DNA from: Bacillales bacterium
GTDB taxonomy: Bacteria; Bacillota; Bacilli; Bacillales; JAVBJX01
Direction: 5' to 3'
Length of the DNA stretch: 64,000 nucleotides
Assembly: GCA_031546705.1 (NCBI GenBank)
Contig: JAVBJX010000004.1
Location: 142,712 to 206,711, forward strand
Below the pieces are notes generated by a model. It was not told the origin of the DNA and made no database searches. It saw only the letters and a list, made by a program, of their open reading frames with translations. Below are positions 9,335-19,707 of this stretch, one piece after another. A program made the translations under genes and the position numbers. Each line of letters starts with the position of its first letter. The stretch's first letter is position 1.

Positions 9335-10870
9335 CTATACTGGGTAAACCCCATGTTTCCGATCTGTAAACTGTTGATATTTAGAGCGATACGCATCAAA
9401 ACGCTGAATTAATTCTTTGCGAAGATTATTCGGTTCAATAATACCATCAATTACCATTTCAGAAGCAAGTCGATAAATATCAATATCATCACGATATTCT
9501 TGACGTTTTTCTTCAATAAATGTCGCTCTATCTTCTTCTGGTAACTCAGCAATTTTATTTGCATACACCGCATTTACTGCCGCTTCTGGTCCCATTACCG
9601 CAATTTGAGCATGAGGGAATGCTAGACAACAATCTGGTTCAAATGCTGGACCTGCCATTGCATACAACCCTGCTCCATACGCTTTACGAACAACGACAGA
9701 AATTTTTGGTACAGTTGCCTCGGACATTGCTGAAATCATTTTTGCACCATGACGAATAATTCCTGCTCGCTCTACTTTTGTTCCAATCATAAATCCCGGA
9801 ACATCAGCTAGGAATAATACAGGGATATGGAAAGCATCGCACAATGTAATAAACTTTGCTGCCTTATCTGCTGTATCGTGAAATAATACGCCACCTTTTA
9901 CTCTTGACTGATTGGCGATAATCCCAATTGATTCTCCATTTAAACGAGCCAGTCCTGTAATTAATTCAGGTGCAAACAATTTTTTAATCTCACAAAATGA
10001 AGCTTCATCAATGAGTCTATTAATTAATTCCATCATATTGAACGGAGCATTTTGGTTTTTCGGAAGAATTTCATCTAATGTTTTTTCAAACACTCTTGGT
10101 CCTTTTGTTTCTACTGTTGGTGATTTCTCTGTGTAATTTGCTGGAAAGAATGATAAATATTTTTTCGCATACGCAATTGCTTCTTCTTCTGATTTCGCCA
10201 GTACATCTCCACAACCAGATGTCGAGCAATGCATTTTTGCTCCACCCATTTCTTCTAACGTTACTTTTTCGCCAATAACCATTTCTGCCATGCGTGGTGA
10301 GCCTAAATACATGGAGCTATTACCCTCGACCATAATAACAATGTCACAAAATGCTGGAATATACGCCCCACCTGCGGCTGATGGTCCAAAAAGCAAACAA
10401 ACTTGTGGAATTTTTCCTGATAATTTTACTTGGTTATAAAAAATACGTCCTGCTCCACGTCTACCTGGGAACATTTCAATTTGATCGGTAATTCTTGCTC
10501 CTGCTGAATCAATTAAATAAATAAGCGGATAGCGAAGTTTTTCCGCTGTTTCTTGTAAGCGAATCATTTTTTCAACCGTACGTGAACCCCATGAACCCGC
10601 TTTAATCGTTGAGTCATTGGCAATCACGCACACTTTTTGACCATTAATGGAACCGATGCCTGTAATAACCCCATCTGCTGGTAAATCTTTAGCTAGACAA
10701 TTCGCAAATAATCCATCTTCACTTTCTAAGCCATTGTCTAATAATAATTGAAGACGTTCACGAGCAAATAATTTCCCTTGATCTTTATTTTTTGTATGAT
10801 ATTTTTCCGCTCCACCTTTTTCGATTTCCTGAACTTTTTGCAGAAGCATTTCTGTTAATTCACTTGTCAT
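9335..10870 (-). CDS. yngE: Acyl-CoA (methylcrotonyl-CoA) carboxylase carboxyltransferase subunit
   Basis: DSAGARI, GPSAAGGAY, RKAYGAGLYAM motifs; operon context. Confidence 0.88.
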   Translation of the reverse strand: MTSELTEMLLQKVQEIEKGGAEKYHTKNKDQGKLFARERLQLLLDNGLESEDGLFANCLAKDLPADGVITGIGSINGQKVCVIANDSTIKAGSWGSRTVEKMIRLQETAEKLRYPLIYLIDSAGARITDQIEMFPGRRGAGRIFYNQVKLSGKIPQVCLLFGPSAAGGAYIPAFCDIVIMVEGNSSMYLGSPRMAEMVIGEKVTLEEMGGAKMHCSTSGCGDVLAKSEEEAIAYAKKYLSFFPANYTEKSPTVETKGPRVFEKTLDEILPKNQNAPFNMMELINRLIDEASFCEIKKLFAPELITGLARLNGESIGIIANQSRVKGGVLFHDTADKAAKFITLCDAFHIPVLFLADVPGFMIGTKVERAGIIRHGAKMISAMSEATVPKISVVVRKAYGAGLYAMAGPAFEPDCCLAFPHAQIAVMGPEAAVNAVYANKIAELPEEDRATFIEEKRQEYRDDIDIYRLASEMVIDGIIEPNNLRKELIQRFDAYRSKYQQFTDRKHGVYPV

Positions 10871-10964
10871 TGTGCATCCCCATTTCTCATTCTATGTATT
10901 TATTTTTCTAATTAAAAAATAATAAAGCGGAAAAGGAATAACCCATCCCTTTTCCACCACACAA

Positions 10965-11741
10965 CTATTCCCCACTATACACAGGTGGACGCTTCTCTTG
11001 AAAAGCCTTCAATCCCTCTAAACGATCCTTTGTCGAAATAACTTCCTCATAACCGCTCGCTTCAATCTTCATTCCTTCTTCTAAACTTCCATCCATTCCT
11101 TGGCTAATAACACGCTTTGCGGCACGAATAGCTACTGGTCCATTTGCACTAATTGTCTTTGCCATTTGCATAGCTGTTTGGTCTAGTTCAGCAAATGGTA
11201 CAACTTTTTCTACAAGTCCGATTCTCTCTGCTTCAACAGCATCAATCCGCTTTGCAGTAAAAATCATTTCCTTTGCTTTGCCAATTCCAATCAAACGTGG
11301 GAGCCGTTGTGTTCCACCTGCACCGGGAATAATTCCTAATGCCGTTTCCGTCAGCCCACATTTCATTTGTTCAGAAGCAATTCGAATGTCACAAGCAAGA
11401 GCAAGCTCTAATCCACCGCCAAAAGCAACACCGTTGATGGCACAAATTACTGGTATAGCTAACTTTTCTACTGCCGAAATGGTACTACCAATTAATTTAA
11501 CTGTTTCTCTTACTTGTTGTTCATTCATGCCTAAACGTTCTTTTAAATCTGCACCTGCACAAAATGCTTTTTCACCACTACCAGTTAGAATAACCACACG
11601 TATTTGTTTATTTTCAGAAATATCTTTAACTGCTTTAGTTAGTTCATGAAGTAATTCTGTACATAAAGCATTTGCGGCATTCGTTCGATTTAGTGTCACT
11701 TTAGCGATTGATTTCTCTAAAACTACTTGAATATGGTTCAT
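10965..11741 (-). CDS. yngF: Enoyl-CoA hydratase (methylglutaconyl-CoA hydratase-like)
   Basis: AFCAGADLKE, GGGLELALACD, PGAGGTQRL. Confidence 0.88.
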   Translation of the reverse strand: MNHIQVVLEKSIAKVTLNRTNAANALCTELLHELTKAVKDISENKQIRVVILTGSGEKAFCAGADLKERLGMNEQQVRETVKLIGSTISAVEKLAIPVICAINGVAFGGGLELALACDIRIASEQMKCGLTETALGIIPGAGGTQRLPRLIGIGKAKEMIFTAKRIDAVEAERIGLVEKVVPFAELDQTAMQMAKTISANGPVAIRAAKRVISQGMDGSLEEGMKIEASGYEEVISTKDRLEGLKAFQEKRPPVYSGE

Positions 11742-12637
11742 GCTCGTCCCTCCGCTTTCATAAAGTGGCTACTAACTTCTCTGCCCAAACTTTTTTCAAT
11801 TTGCTGTGCGGCATTTTTTACTTTTTCTAAATCAATATTTGTTTCAATACCCATTTCATGAAGCATATACAGCACATCTTCGGTTGCGACATTTCCAGCT
11901 GCTCCAGGTGCATATGGGCAACCACCTATTCCACCAATGGAACTATCGAATGTTTCAATGCCTACTTCTAGTCCTTTGACAATATTAGCAAGTGCCATTC
12001 CTCTTGTATTATGAAAATGAAGGGCTAATGTTTCAGATTTAAAATGGCGATTTAATATAGACATTACTTCCTCTACTTGATACGGATTAGCAATTCCGAT
12101 TGTGTCACCAAGAGATATTTCATAAGCACCCATTTCCAAGAGTTTTTCTGTTACTCGAATGACGTTGTCTATATCCGTTTTGCCCTCGTATGGACAACCA
12201 AAAACAGTGGATACATACGCTCGAACTTTTTTTCCTGCTTGTATTGTAGCAGTTGCAACTTCTCCTAAAATCGGAAACGTATCGGTAATAGATTTATTAA
12301 TATTTTTTAGATTGTGTGTTTCTGTTGCTGACATAAAAATGGCTACTTCATCTACATTACATGTAAGTGCTGTTTCTAAACCTCGCATATTTGGAACAAG
12401 TGCCGCATAAGACACGCCACTTGTTCTCTTAATTTTTTCAGAAACTTCTTCAGCGTCTTTCAGTTGTGGAATCCATTTTGGATTGACAAAAGAGGTAATT
12501 TCAATATACGGAATACCTGTTGTTGAAATCGTGTCAATCCATTCGATTTTTTTTTCTGTAGGAATCCATTCACTTTCATTTTGCAATCCATCTCGTGGGC
12601 CAACCTCTTTAATTGTTACACGTTTTGGGAGGTACAT
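11738..12637 (-). CDS. yngG: Hydroxymethylglutaryl-CoA lyase
   Basis: EVGPRDGLQNE, HFHNT, GGCPYAPGAAGNVATED. Confidence 0.93.
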   Translation of the reverse strand: MYLPKRVTIKEVGPRDGLQNESEWIPTEKKIEWIDTISTTGIPYIEITSFVNPKWIPQLKDAEEVSEKIKRTSGVSYAALVPNMRGLETALTCNVDEVAIFMSATETHNLKNINKSITDTFPILGEVATATIQAGKKVRAYVSTVFGCPYEGKTDIDNVIRVTEKLLEMGAYEISLGDTIGIANPYQVEEVMSILNRHFKSETLALHFHNTRGMALANIVKGLEVGIETFDSSIGGIGGCPYAPGAAGNVATEDVLYMLHEMGIETNIDLEKVKNAAQQIEKSLGREVSSHFMKAEGRA

Positions 12638-12847
12638 TTATTCTAGCACCATCAAAATATCATCTTCGTTGACAAAACTGCCTTCACTGACCAGAACTTC
12701 TTTAACTGTACCAGCTTCTTCCGCCGCAATTGGAATTTCCATTTTCATTGATTCCAAAATAACAACATCTTGTCCTTCTTCTACCTTTTCGCCAACCGCT
12801 ACAACGATTTTCCAAACATTTCCTGCCATTGATGCTTTGATTTCCAT
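12638..12847 (-). CDS. yngHB: Biotin carboxyl carrier protein
   Basis: ESMKME biotinylation motif, 69 aa. Confidence 0.88.
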   Translation of the reverse strand: MEIKASMAGNVWKIVVAVGEKVEEGQDVVILESMKMEIPIAAEEAGTVKEVLVSEGSFVNEDDILMVLE

Positions 12848-12849
12848 GT

Positions 12850-14205
12850 TTATTCTCCTTTTTTTCGCATGATTTCAATAAATTTTGTTGTGTAGTTTCC
12901 AGATTCGTACATTGGATGTGCCACAATTTCTTGTAACACTGGGATATTTGTTTTAATCCCTTCAATTTTGTACGTTGCCAATGCCTCGCTCATTTGCTTG
13001 ATTGCTAGTTCACGAGTTTCCCCATATGTAATTAATTTCGCAATCATTGGATCATAAAATGGCGTAACCGCTATTCCATTTTCAATTGCTGTATCATTAC
13101 GTACATTTTCTCCTTCTGGAAATGAAACGGTTTGAATCGTTCCCGGAGATGGGTAAAATGTTTTTGGATCTTCTGCGTAAATTCGAGCTTCAATTGCATG
13201 TCCAGTCAACTGTACTTCTTGTTGGGTAAAGGATAATTTTTCACCACTCGCAATAAGTAACTGTTGTTCAACAAGGTCAAGCCCTGTAATCCATTCTGTT
13301 ACTGGATGTTCCACTTGCAGACGAGTATTCATTTCAAGAAAATAGAAATTTTTCTGAGCGTCCATCAAAAACTCAATTGTTCCTGCACTGACATAACCAA
13401 TATGTTTTGCCGCTTTAGTAGCAACTTCTCCAAGTTTTTTTCGTAACTCCTCATCGACAAATGGAGACGGTGCTTCTTCTACTACTTTTTGATTACGGCG
13501 TTGGATTGAACATTCTCTTTCCCATAAATAAACAACATTTCCAAATGAATCCGCTAGAAGCTGTACTTCAATGTGATGTGGAGAATCAATATATTTTTCA
13601 ATATACATCGCTCCATTACCGAAAAAGTTTTCTGCTCTCGTCTTTGTTCCATCGTATATTTTTCGTAAGTTTTCTTCATCGGTAGCAAGTTGCATACCAA
13701 TACCGCCACCACCTGCGGATGCTTTTAACATCACTGGATAGCCAATTTCTTCTGCAAGTTTTACTGCCTCTTCAACGTCAGAAAGCGGTGTTGTTTTTCC
13801 TGGAACAATTGGCACGTCTGCTTCACTCATTGTTAAACGGGCATTGATTTTATCTCCCATTGCTTCAATTGTAGTTGCCTTTGGTCCGATAAAAACAATA
13901 TTTGCTTTCCCACATTTACGGGCAAACTCGGCATTTTCAGATAACAAACCATAACCGGGATGAATCGCATCTACATTGGCAGCCTTTGCTACTTCAATAA
14001 TTTTATCCATTTGTAAATAGCTTTCATTTACTCTCGGTTTACCAACTTCATAACTTTCATCTGCTTCCCGAACGTGTAAAGCATTATTATCTGCTTCTGA
14101 GTAAATGGCAACCGTTTGAATGCCAAGTCTTTTACATGTTTTTATAATACGTCTAGCAATTTCGCCACGATTGGCAATTAATATTTTTTTAAACATTATT
14201 ATCAC
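12850..14205 (-). CDS. yngHA: Biotin carboxylase subunit
   Basis: ANRGEIA, HPGYGLLSEN, EMNTRLQVEHPVTE. Confidence 0.88.
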   Translation of the reverse strand: MIIMFKKILIANRGEIARRIIKTCKRLGIQTVAIYSEADNNALHVREADESYEVGKPRVNESYLQMDKIIEVAKAANVDAIHPGYGLLSENAEFARKCGKANIVFIGPKATTIEAMGDKINARLTMSEADVPIVPGKTTPLSDVEEAVKLAEEIGYPVMLKASAGGGGIGMQLATDEENLRKIYDGTKTRAENFFGNGAMYIEKYIDSPHHIEVQLLADSFGNVVYLWERECSIQRRNQKVVEEAPSPFVDEELRKKLGEVATKAAKHIGYVSAGTIEFLMDAQKNFYFLEMNTRLQVEHPVTEWITGLDLVEQQLLIASGEKLSFTQQEVQLTGHAIEARIYAEDPKTFYPSPGTIQTVSFPEGENVRNDTAIENGIAVTPFYDPMIAKLITYGETRELAIKQMSEALATYKIEGIKTNIPVLQEIVAHPMYESGNYTTKFIEIMRKKGE

Positions 14206-14216
14206 TCACTCTGCTA

Positions 14217-15851
14217 CTATTTTAGTTGCTCTATCGCTTGTTCACGAAGTTTGTATTTTTGTATTTTTCCTGATGCCGTCATTGGATACTGATCTACGAA
14301 TGAAATGTATCGTGGAATTTTATGACGAGAAATTCTTTCCACACAAAACTCTCTTAGTTCTGCTTCCGTTAATGTTTTTTCTGGTTTCAAACGAACCCAT
14401 GCCATGACTTCTTCCCCGTACTTTTCATCAGGTACGCCAACAATTTGAACATCCAATACATCTGGATGCGTATATAAAAATTCCTCAATTTCTCGTGGAT
14501 AAATGTTTTCACCACCACGAATAATCATGTCTTTTAAACGACCTGTAATTTTCACATAACCTTGCTCATCCATTGTTGCTAAATCACCTGTGTGTAACCA
14601 GCCTTCATCATCAATTGCTTCTCCTGTTGCCGCTTCATTATTATAATAACCCTTCATAATGTGGTAGCCCCGTGAACATAATTCTCCTTGTGTATGTACA
14701 GGAACTTCTTCATTATTAATTGGATTTACAATTTTCACTTCGACATTTGGTAATGCTCTTCCAACAGTTTCTGTGCGAAGTTCTAAAGAATCAGTTGGTC
14801 TTGTTTGGGTAATAACTGGCGATGCTTCCGTTTGTCCGTAAGCAATCGTTATTTCTTTTGCTCCCATTTTTTCAATAACTTGAGTCATGACTTCCATCGG
14901 GCAATTTGCTCCTGCCATTACACCTGTCCGAAGTGTTGTTAGTTTAAAAGAATCCAAATCAGGATGATTGAGTTCAGCAATAAACATGGTTGGAACACCG
15001 TGTAAGACAGTACAATTCTCCTGCTCGACAATTTCTAAAACTAAACGAGGATCAAATTTCTCAAGTGGTACCATTGTTGCTCCAACAGATACTGCCGCCA
15101 TTGTTCCAATAACACATCCAAAGCAATGGAAGAACGGAACAGGAATACACATCCGGTCAGTTTGAACTAAATTCATACACTGGGCGATATTGTAGGCGTT
15201 GTTAATTACATTATCATGAGTCAACATAACTCCTTTAGGAAATCCAGTTGTGCCTGATGTATATTGCATATTAATGACATCGGAATGATGCAATGAACTG
15301 GATCGTTCCACTAGCTGTGTGTCAGAAACCTGTTCACTTGTCTTTAACAAATCATTCCAACTGTATGTACCAGGATAACTAACTTCACCTAACACAATTA
15401 CATTACGTAAATGTGGCAACACCTTAGAGTTTAATTTCCCCGGTTCACTTATTTTAAGTTCAGGAACGACACTATACAACGTTTCAATATAGGAATGATC
15501 ATGAAATTTTTCTATTAAAACAATCGTTGTTGCTTCTGACTGTTGTAATAAAAAGTTAAGTTCTTGTTTTCGGTAACTTGTATTTACGGTAACAAGTACG
15601 GCTCCCATTTTTCCAGTCGCAAATTGACATGTGACCCATTCTGGTACATTTGATGCCCAAATTGCTACATTTTCGCCCTTTTCAATTCCTAATCCAATAA
15701 AACCTTTTGCTACTGTTTTACATTGTTCATTAAATTGTTCATAGGTTAAACGTAAACCTCTATCATAGTAAACAAGTGCTTCATGGTCTGGATATTGTTT
15801 TGCTTGTTGCTCTAACAGTTCACCAACTGTGACACTCATCAATTCTGCCAT
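14217..15851 (-). CDS. yngI: Acyl-CoA synthetase (AMP-binding)
   Basis: YTSGTTGFPKG, YGQTE, GWLHTGD, TASGKIQK. Confidence 0.88.
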   Translation of the reverse strand: MAELMSVTVGELLEQQAKQYPDHEALVYYDRGLRLTYEQFNEQCKTVAKGFIGLGIEKGENVAIWASNVPEWVTCQFATGKMGAVLVTVNTSYRKQELNFLLQQSEATTIVLIEKFHDHSYIETLYSVVPELKISEPGKLNSKVLPHLRNVIVLGEVSYPGTYSWNDLLKTSEQVSDTQLVERSSSLHHSDVINMQYTSGTTGFPKGVMLTHDNVINNAYNIAQCMNLVQTDRMCIPVPFFHCFGCVIGTMAAVSVGATMVPLEKFDPRLVLEIVEQENCTVLHGVPTMFIAELNHPDLDSFKLTTLRTGVMAGANCPMEVMTQVIEKMGAKEITIAYGQTEASPVITQTRPTDSLELRTETVGRALPNVEVKIVNPINNEEVPVHTQGELCSRGYHIMKGYYNNEAATGEAIDDEGWLHTGDLATMDEQGYVKITGRLKDMIIRGGENIYPREIEEFLYTHPDVLDVQIVGVPDEKYGEEVMAWVRLKPEKTLTEAELREFCVERISRHKIPRYISFVDQYPMTASGKIQKYKLREQAIEQLK

Positions 15852-15869
15852 ACAAATACCCCCTTGTAT

Positions 15870-17012
15870 TTAACAGCCAATATGTCTAGCAATAACAATG
15901 CGTTGTACTTCTGATGTTCCTTCGCCAATTTCCATTAATTTAATGTCACGCAAATGACGCTCTACTCCTGTTTCTTTCATATAACCATTACCACCATGAA
16001 TTTGAATGGCTTGATTACAAATCCAAAATCCTTTTTCGGATGCAAAGAGTTTCGCAAAAGCCGCTTCTTTACCAAATGGTTTGTTGTTATCTTTTAGCCA
16101 AGCCGCTTTGTAGACAGCCGTTCTTGCTAAGTCAAGATACATTGCCATATCTGCTAATTTAAATTGTGTTGCTTGGAATGAAGATAGTGTCGTTCCAAAT
16201 TGTTTGCGTTCTTTTGAATATTGTAGTGCCTTTTCATAAGCTGCTTGAGCAATCCCAACCGATAATGCCGCAATCGAAATTCTTCCACCATCTAGTGTAT
16301 ATAAAAATTGTTTGAAGCCTTTGCTTAAGTCACCAAGAATATTTTCTTTTGGTACACGAACATCTTCCAAGATTAATTCGCACGTATCAGATGCCCGTAC
16401 GCCCATTTTGTCGTATTCAGAACGAATTGTAAAACCTTTTGAATCTGTTGGAACAAGGAATGCACCAATGACATTTTTACCACGATCATCTTTACCTGTA
16501 ACAGCCGTTACAATAACTTGACGAGCAAAACTAGCGTTTGTAATCCAACATTTCTCTCCATTAATGACATACTCGTCACCTTCAAGTACGGCACGAGTTT
16601 GTGTTCCCCCTGCATCAGATCCAGCATTTGGTTCTGTTAAACCGAATGAACCAAATGTTTTTCCTTCTGCCATTGGCACAAGCCATTCTTGTTTTTGTTC
16701 TTCTGTTCCAAAATAATAAACTGGACTTGCTCCAAGGGAAACAGCGGCAGCATAACTAAGACCAGTTCCTCCACAAGCACGACCAATTTCTTCTACCACA
16801 GCGGCATACGCAATTGTATCAGCTCCTGCACCACCATATTTTTCTGGAAATGGAATGCCAAAGAAACCTAGTTCACCCATTTTCTTAAATGTGTTGATTG
16901 GAAATTTAGAATGCTTATCTAACTCTTGTGCGTGAGGCATAATTTCTGCCTCTGCAAAATCACGTGCCGTTTTTTGAAACATCTTTTGGTCTTCGTTTAA
17001 TTCAAAATTCAT
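15870..17012 (-). CDS. yngJ: Acyl-CoA dehydrogenase
   Basis: FGLTEPNAGSDA, QIHGGNGY, IGEGTSEVQR. Confidence 0.9.
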   Translation of the reverse strand: MNFELNEDQKMFQKTARDFAEAEIMPHAQELDKHSKFPINTFKKMGELGFFGIPFPEKYGGAGADTIAYAAVVEEIGRACGGTGLSYAAAVSLGASPVYYFGTEEQKQEWLVPMAEGKTFGSFGLTEPNAGSDAGGTQTRAVLEGDEYVINGEKCWITNASFARQVIVTAVTGKDDRGKNVIGAFLVPTDSKGFTIRSEYDKMGVRASDTCELILEDVRVPKENILGDLSKGFKQFLYTLDGGRISIAALSVGIAQAAYEKALQYSKERKQFGTTLSSFQATQFKLADMAMYLDLARTAVYKAAWLKDNNKPFGKEAAFAKLFASEKGFWICNQAIQIHGGNGYMKETGVERHLRDIKLMEIGEGTSEVQRIVIARHIGC

Positions 17013-17036
17013 TGTAATTCCTCCTTAGTTAGTGGA

Positions 17037-17058
17037 TAAGACAGACTGGTCGGTCTTA
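17037..17058. promoter_or_regulatory. Putative TetR operator palindrome
   Basis: TAAGACAGACTGGTCGGTCTTA, 18/22 positions self-complementary, between tetR and the first catabolic gene. Confidence 0.6.
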
Positions 17059-17091
17059 TTATGATTGTATAAAAAACGGATATCTCCGATT

Positions 17092-17718
17092 TCAACGATT
17101 TTTAATAAAAAATTGAGTAACTTGTTCGTTCTCTCTTCGGTCTTCATGGACAATGGAGTGAATAATAAGGTCAGTAAAGACATCTGTAATTTCGTTTATC
17201 GACATCTCTCCGTCTTTTCTATACCATTTATATGTCCAATTAATCATGCCAATAATGGACATTGTTGTGATATTCACAGGTAACTCCGTGCGGAATTCTC
17301 CTGATTCTACCCCTTCTTGTAAGACACGAAATAAAATTTGCTTAAATTCTTTTCTTTTTTTCTTAATTAGTTCTGAGTACTCAGGTTTTAAGTAAACGCT
17401 TTCTTGATAGAAAACAGTAATGTGCGACTTATACAAGTCAAACACTTGGAGAAAAAATTGAACAATCGTGCAAATTCGTTCTGTTGAAGTTGTGTGCGTT
17501 TCGTATGCTTCTTTTGCTTTCGTTAAAGCATACGTAATAAACTCATCATGGATGAAATATAACAATTCATCTTTTGATTTAAAATTATGATAAAAACCTC
17601 CTTTTGATGAAGAAGTTTCCTCAATAATTCGATCAACTGTTACGCCATGATAACCCTGTATCTCAAATAAATGTAAAGATGCATCAATAATACGATTTCT
17701 TAAGGATTTTTCTGCCAT
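17092..17718 (-). CDS. TetR/AcrR-family regulator (KstR2-like C-terminus)
   Basis: N-terminal HTH (GYHGVTVDRII...SKGGFYHNFKSKDELL); IIGMINWTYKWY C-terminal motif. Confidence 0.9.
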   Translation of the reverse strand: MAEKSLRNRIIDASLHLFEIQGYHGVTVDRIIEETSSSKGGFYHNFKSKDELLYFIHDEFITYALTKAKEAYETHTTSTERICTIVQFFLQVFDLYKSHITVFYQESVYLKPEYSELIKKKRKEFKQILFRVLQEGVESGEFRTELPVNITTMSIIGMINWTYKWYRKDGEMSINEITDVFTDLIIHSIVHEDRRENEQVTQFFIKNR

Positions 17719-17923
17719 TTCACCCTCCTTATTTGATTATAGCAGTTAGGCTTTAAATTTCAAAATATTTTTCAGTGAATTTAATTATATTTTTCCAATA
17801 AAAACGAAACGTTCTACTGTATATTTTTTTAAAAGACATATATAATTGATAATATGGTATAGGACAATCAGAGCATTTTTTCACCGACTTTTCCATACTT
17901 AATTAATAAGGAGTGTGAAACCG

Positions 17924-18333
17924 ATGGGGTTATCTACAAAATAGGCGAACTTGCCAAAGAAGTTGGCGTTTCAAAAAGAACAATTGATTATTATACAAAC
18001 TTAGGACTTCTTGAACCAAAACGTTCAGAAACAGGACATCGTTTTTATGATGACAGTACCTTAGAAACACTGAAATTTATTGAGCACTGTAAACAGATGC
18101 ATTTACCTCTACAAAAAATAAAAAGTATTTTAGATAGAAAAAAATGGATAGTGGAGCATAATATTTCCCCACTTACCGAAAGAATAACTGTTTATATGAC
18201 ACAGCTGCAACAAGAATTATCTCAACTAAAATATTTATTAGAAAACGTAACGGTGGAACAAAAACAAAAAATCATTCAACAGTTAACATCCCAAACATCT
18301 GAACTGCTTCAAACACTACTCTCTTTTCTTTAA
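17924..18333 (+). pseudogene. MerR-family regulator (YhdQ-like) with apparent 1-nt frameshift right after the start codon
   Basis: Frame of ORF 18097-18333 extends upstream as GVIYKIGELAKEVGVSKRTIDYYTNLGLLEP (MerR HTH) but has no in-frame ATG/GTG/TTG back to the stop at 17860. The RBS-preceded ATG 17924 is out of frame (MGLSTK*). Confidence 0.65.
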
Positions 18334-18365
18334 GTGGAGAGCTATATAAAAACGGAGGGAAATAG

Positions 18366-19643
18366 TTGGAAATTTTAAAGATATTGATCGTATTTTTTTT
18401 AATCGCACTGACAGGATTTTTCGTTGCTTCTGAATTCGCAATGATTAGAGTCCGTGGAAGTCGAATTGATCAATTAGTATCAGAAGGTAAAAAAGGTTCA
18501 AAATCAGCAAAAAAAGTTACTTCCAATTTAGATGAATATTTATCTGCGTGTCAGTTAGGTATCACCGTAACATCTTTAGGTTTAGGTTGGCTTGGTGAAC
18601 CAACTATTCATTATTTATTAAAACCCGTTTTTGAAAGTCTACATCTTTCTAGTGGAGTAGCAAATACAATATCATTTATTATTGCTTTTAGTGTCATTAC
18701 TTTTCTACATGTTGTTGTTGGGGAACTCGCTCCAAAAACATTTGCGATACAAAAAGCAGAAGCTGTCACTCTTTTATTTGCTGGACCATTAATGTTGTTT
18801 TATAAAATAATGTTTCCATTTATCTGGGTATTAAATAGTTCTGCTCGTCAAATTACAAGTTGGTTTGGTTTAGGGCTAGCTTCTGAACACGATGAAGTTC
18901 ATTCAGAAGAAGAATTACGATTAATTCTTTCTAAAAGTTATGAACAAGGTGAGATCAATCAAGCAGAACATAAATATGTGAATAATATTTTTGAATTTGA
19001 TAATCGAACAGCAAGAGAGATTATGATTCCAAGGAGAGAAATTGTTGGTTTATATGTAGGTGATACGGCGGAAAGACATGAACAGATAATCCAAAAAGAG
19101 AAACATACACGTTATCCCATATTTGGTGAAGATAACGATATTGTGTTAGGTATGCTAAATGTAAAAGATTTATATTTTAACAAAGAAGATACCACTGTAC
19201 TTAGAAAAAATACACGTCCAGTTTTAGAATTATTTGAAACGATTCCACTCTATGATTTACTACTAAAAATGCAAAAATCCCATATTTCAGTAGCTGTGCT
19301 CTATGATGAATATGGCGGACCATCTGGTATGGTTACATTAGAAGATATATTAGAAGAGATTGTTGGTGAAATCAAAGATGAATACGATTTTAATGAAAAA
19401 CCCGCTATACAACATATTAGCGATACACATAAAATTGTAGATGGTAAAGTATCAATAAGTGAGCTTAATAGTTTGCTACATCTAAATATTCCTGAAGATG
19501 ATGTTGATACAATAGCTGGCTGGATACTGACGAATAATCCAGATATTATTGAAGATGAAACAGTTTATATAGATACTTATCAATTAAAAGTTATTGAAAA
19601 AAAATCAAACCAAATTAAATCAGTAGAAATAATTGTTCATTAA
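18366..19643 (+). CDS. CNNM/hemolysin-family CBS protein (YhdP/MpfA-like Mg2+ efflux)
   Basis: FFVASEFAM, YLSACQLGIT, GELAPK, DEYGG CBS pair, CorC domain. Confidence 0.9.
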   Translation: MEILKILIVFFLIALTGFFVASEFAMIRVRGSRIDQLVSEGKKGSKSAKKVTSNLDEYLSACQLGITVTSLGLGWLGEPTIHYLLKPVFESLHLSSGVANTISFIIAFSVITFLHVVVGELAPKTFAIQKAEAVTLLFAGPLMLFYKIMFPFIWVLNSSARQITSWFGLGLASEHDEVHSEEELRLILSKSYEQGEINQAEHKYVNNIFEFDNRTAREIMIPRREIVGLYVGDTAERHEQIIQKEKHTRYPIFGEDNDIVLGMLNVKDLYFNKEDTTVLRKNTRPVLELFETIPLYDLLLKMQKSHISVAVLYDEYGGPSGMVTLEDILEEIVGEIKDEYDFNEKPAIQHISDTHKIVDGKVSISELNSLLHLNIPEDDVDTIAGWILTNNPDIIEDETVYIDTYQLKVIEKKSNQIKSVEIIVH

Positions 19644-19666
19644 CAAAATATTTGAGTTCATCATAA

Positions 19667-19707
19667 AAAATGGTGAGTGGGCAACATTGAGCCACTCACC
19701 ATTTTTT
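19667..19707. terminator. Bidirectional intrinsic terminator
   Basis: AAAAATGGTGAGTGG...CCACTCACCATTTTTT between convergent genes. Confidence 0.75.

Noticed and set aside
18097-18333. Independent 78-aa protein
   Set aside because: It is the C-terminal half of the MerR-family frame beginning near 17926.
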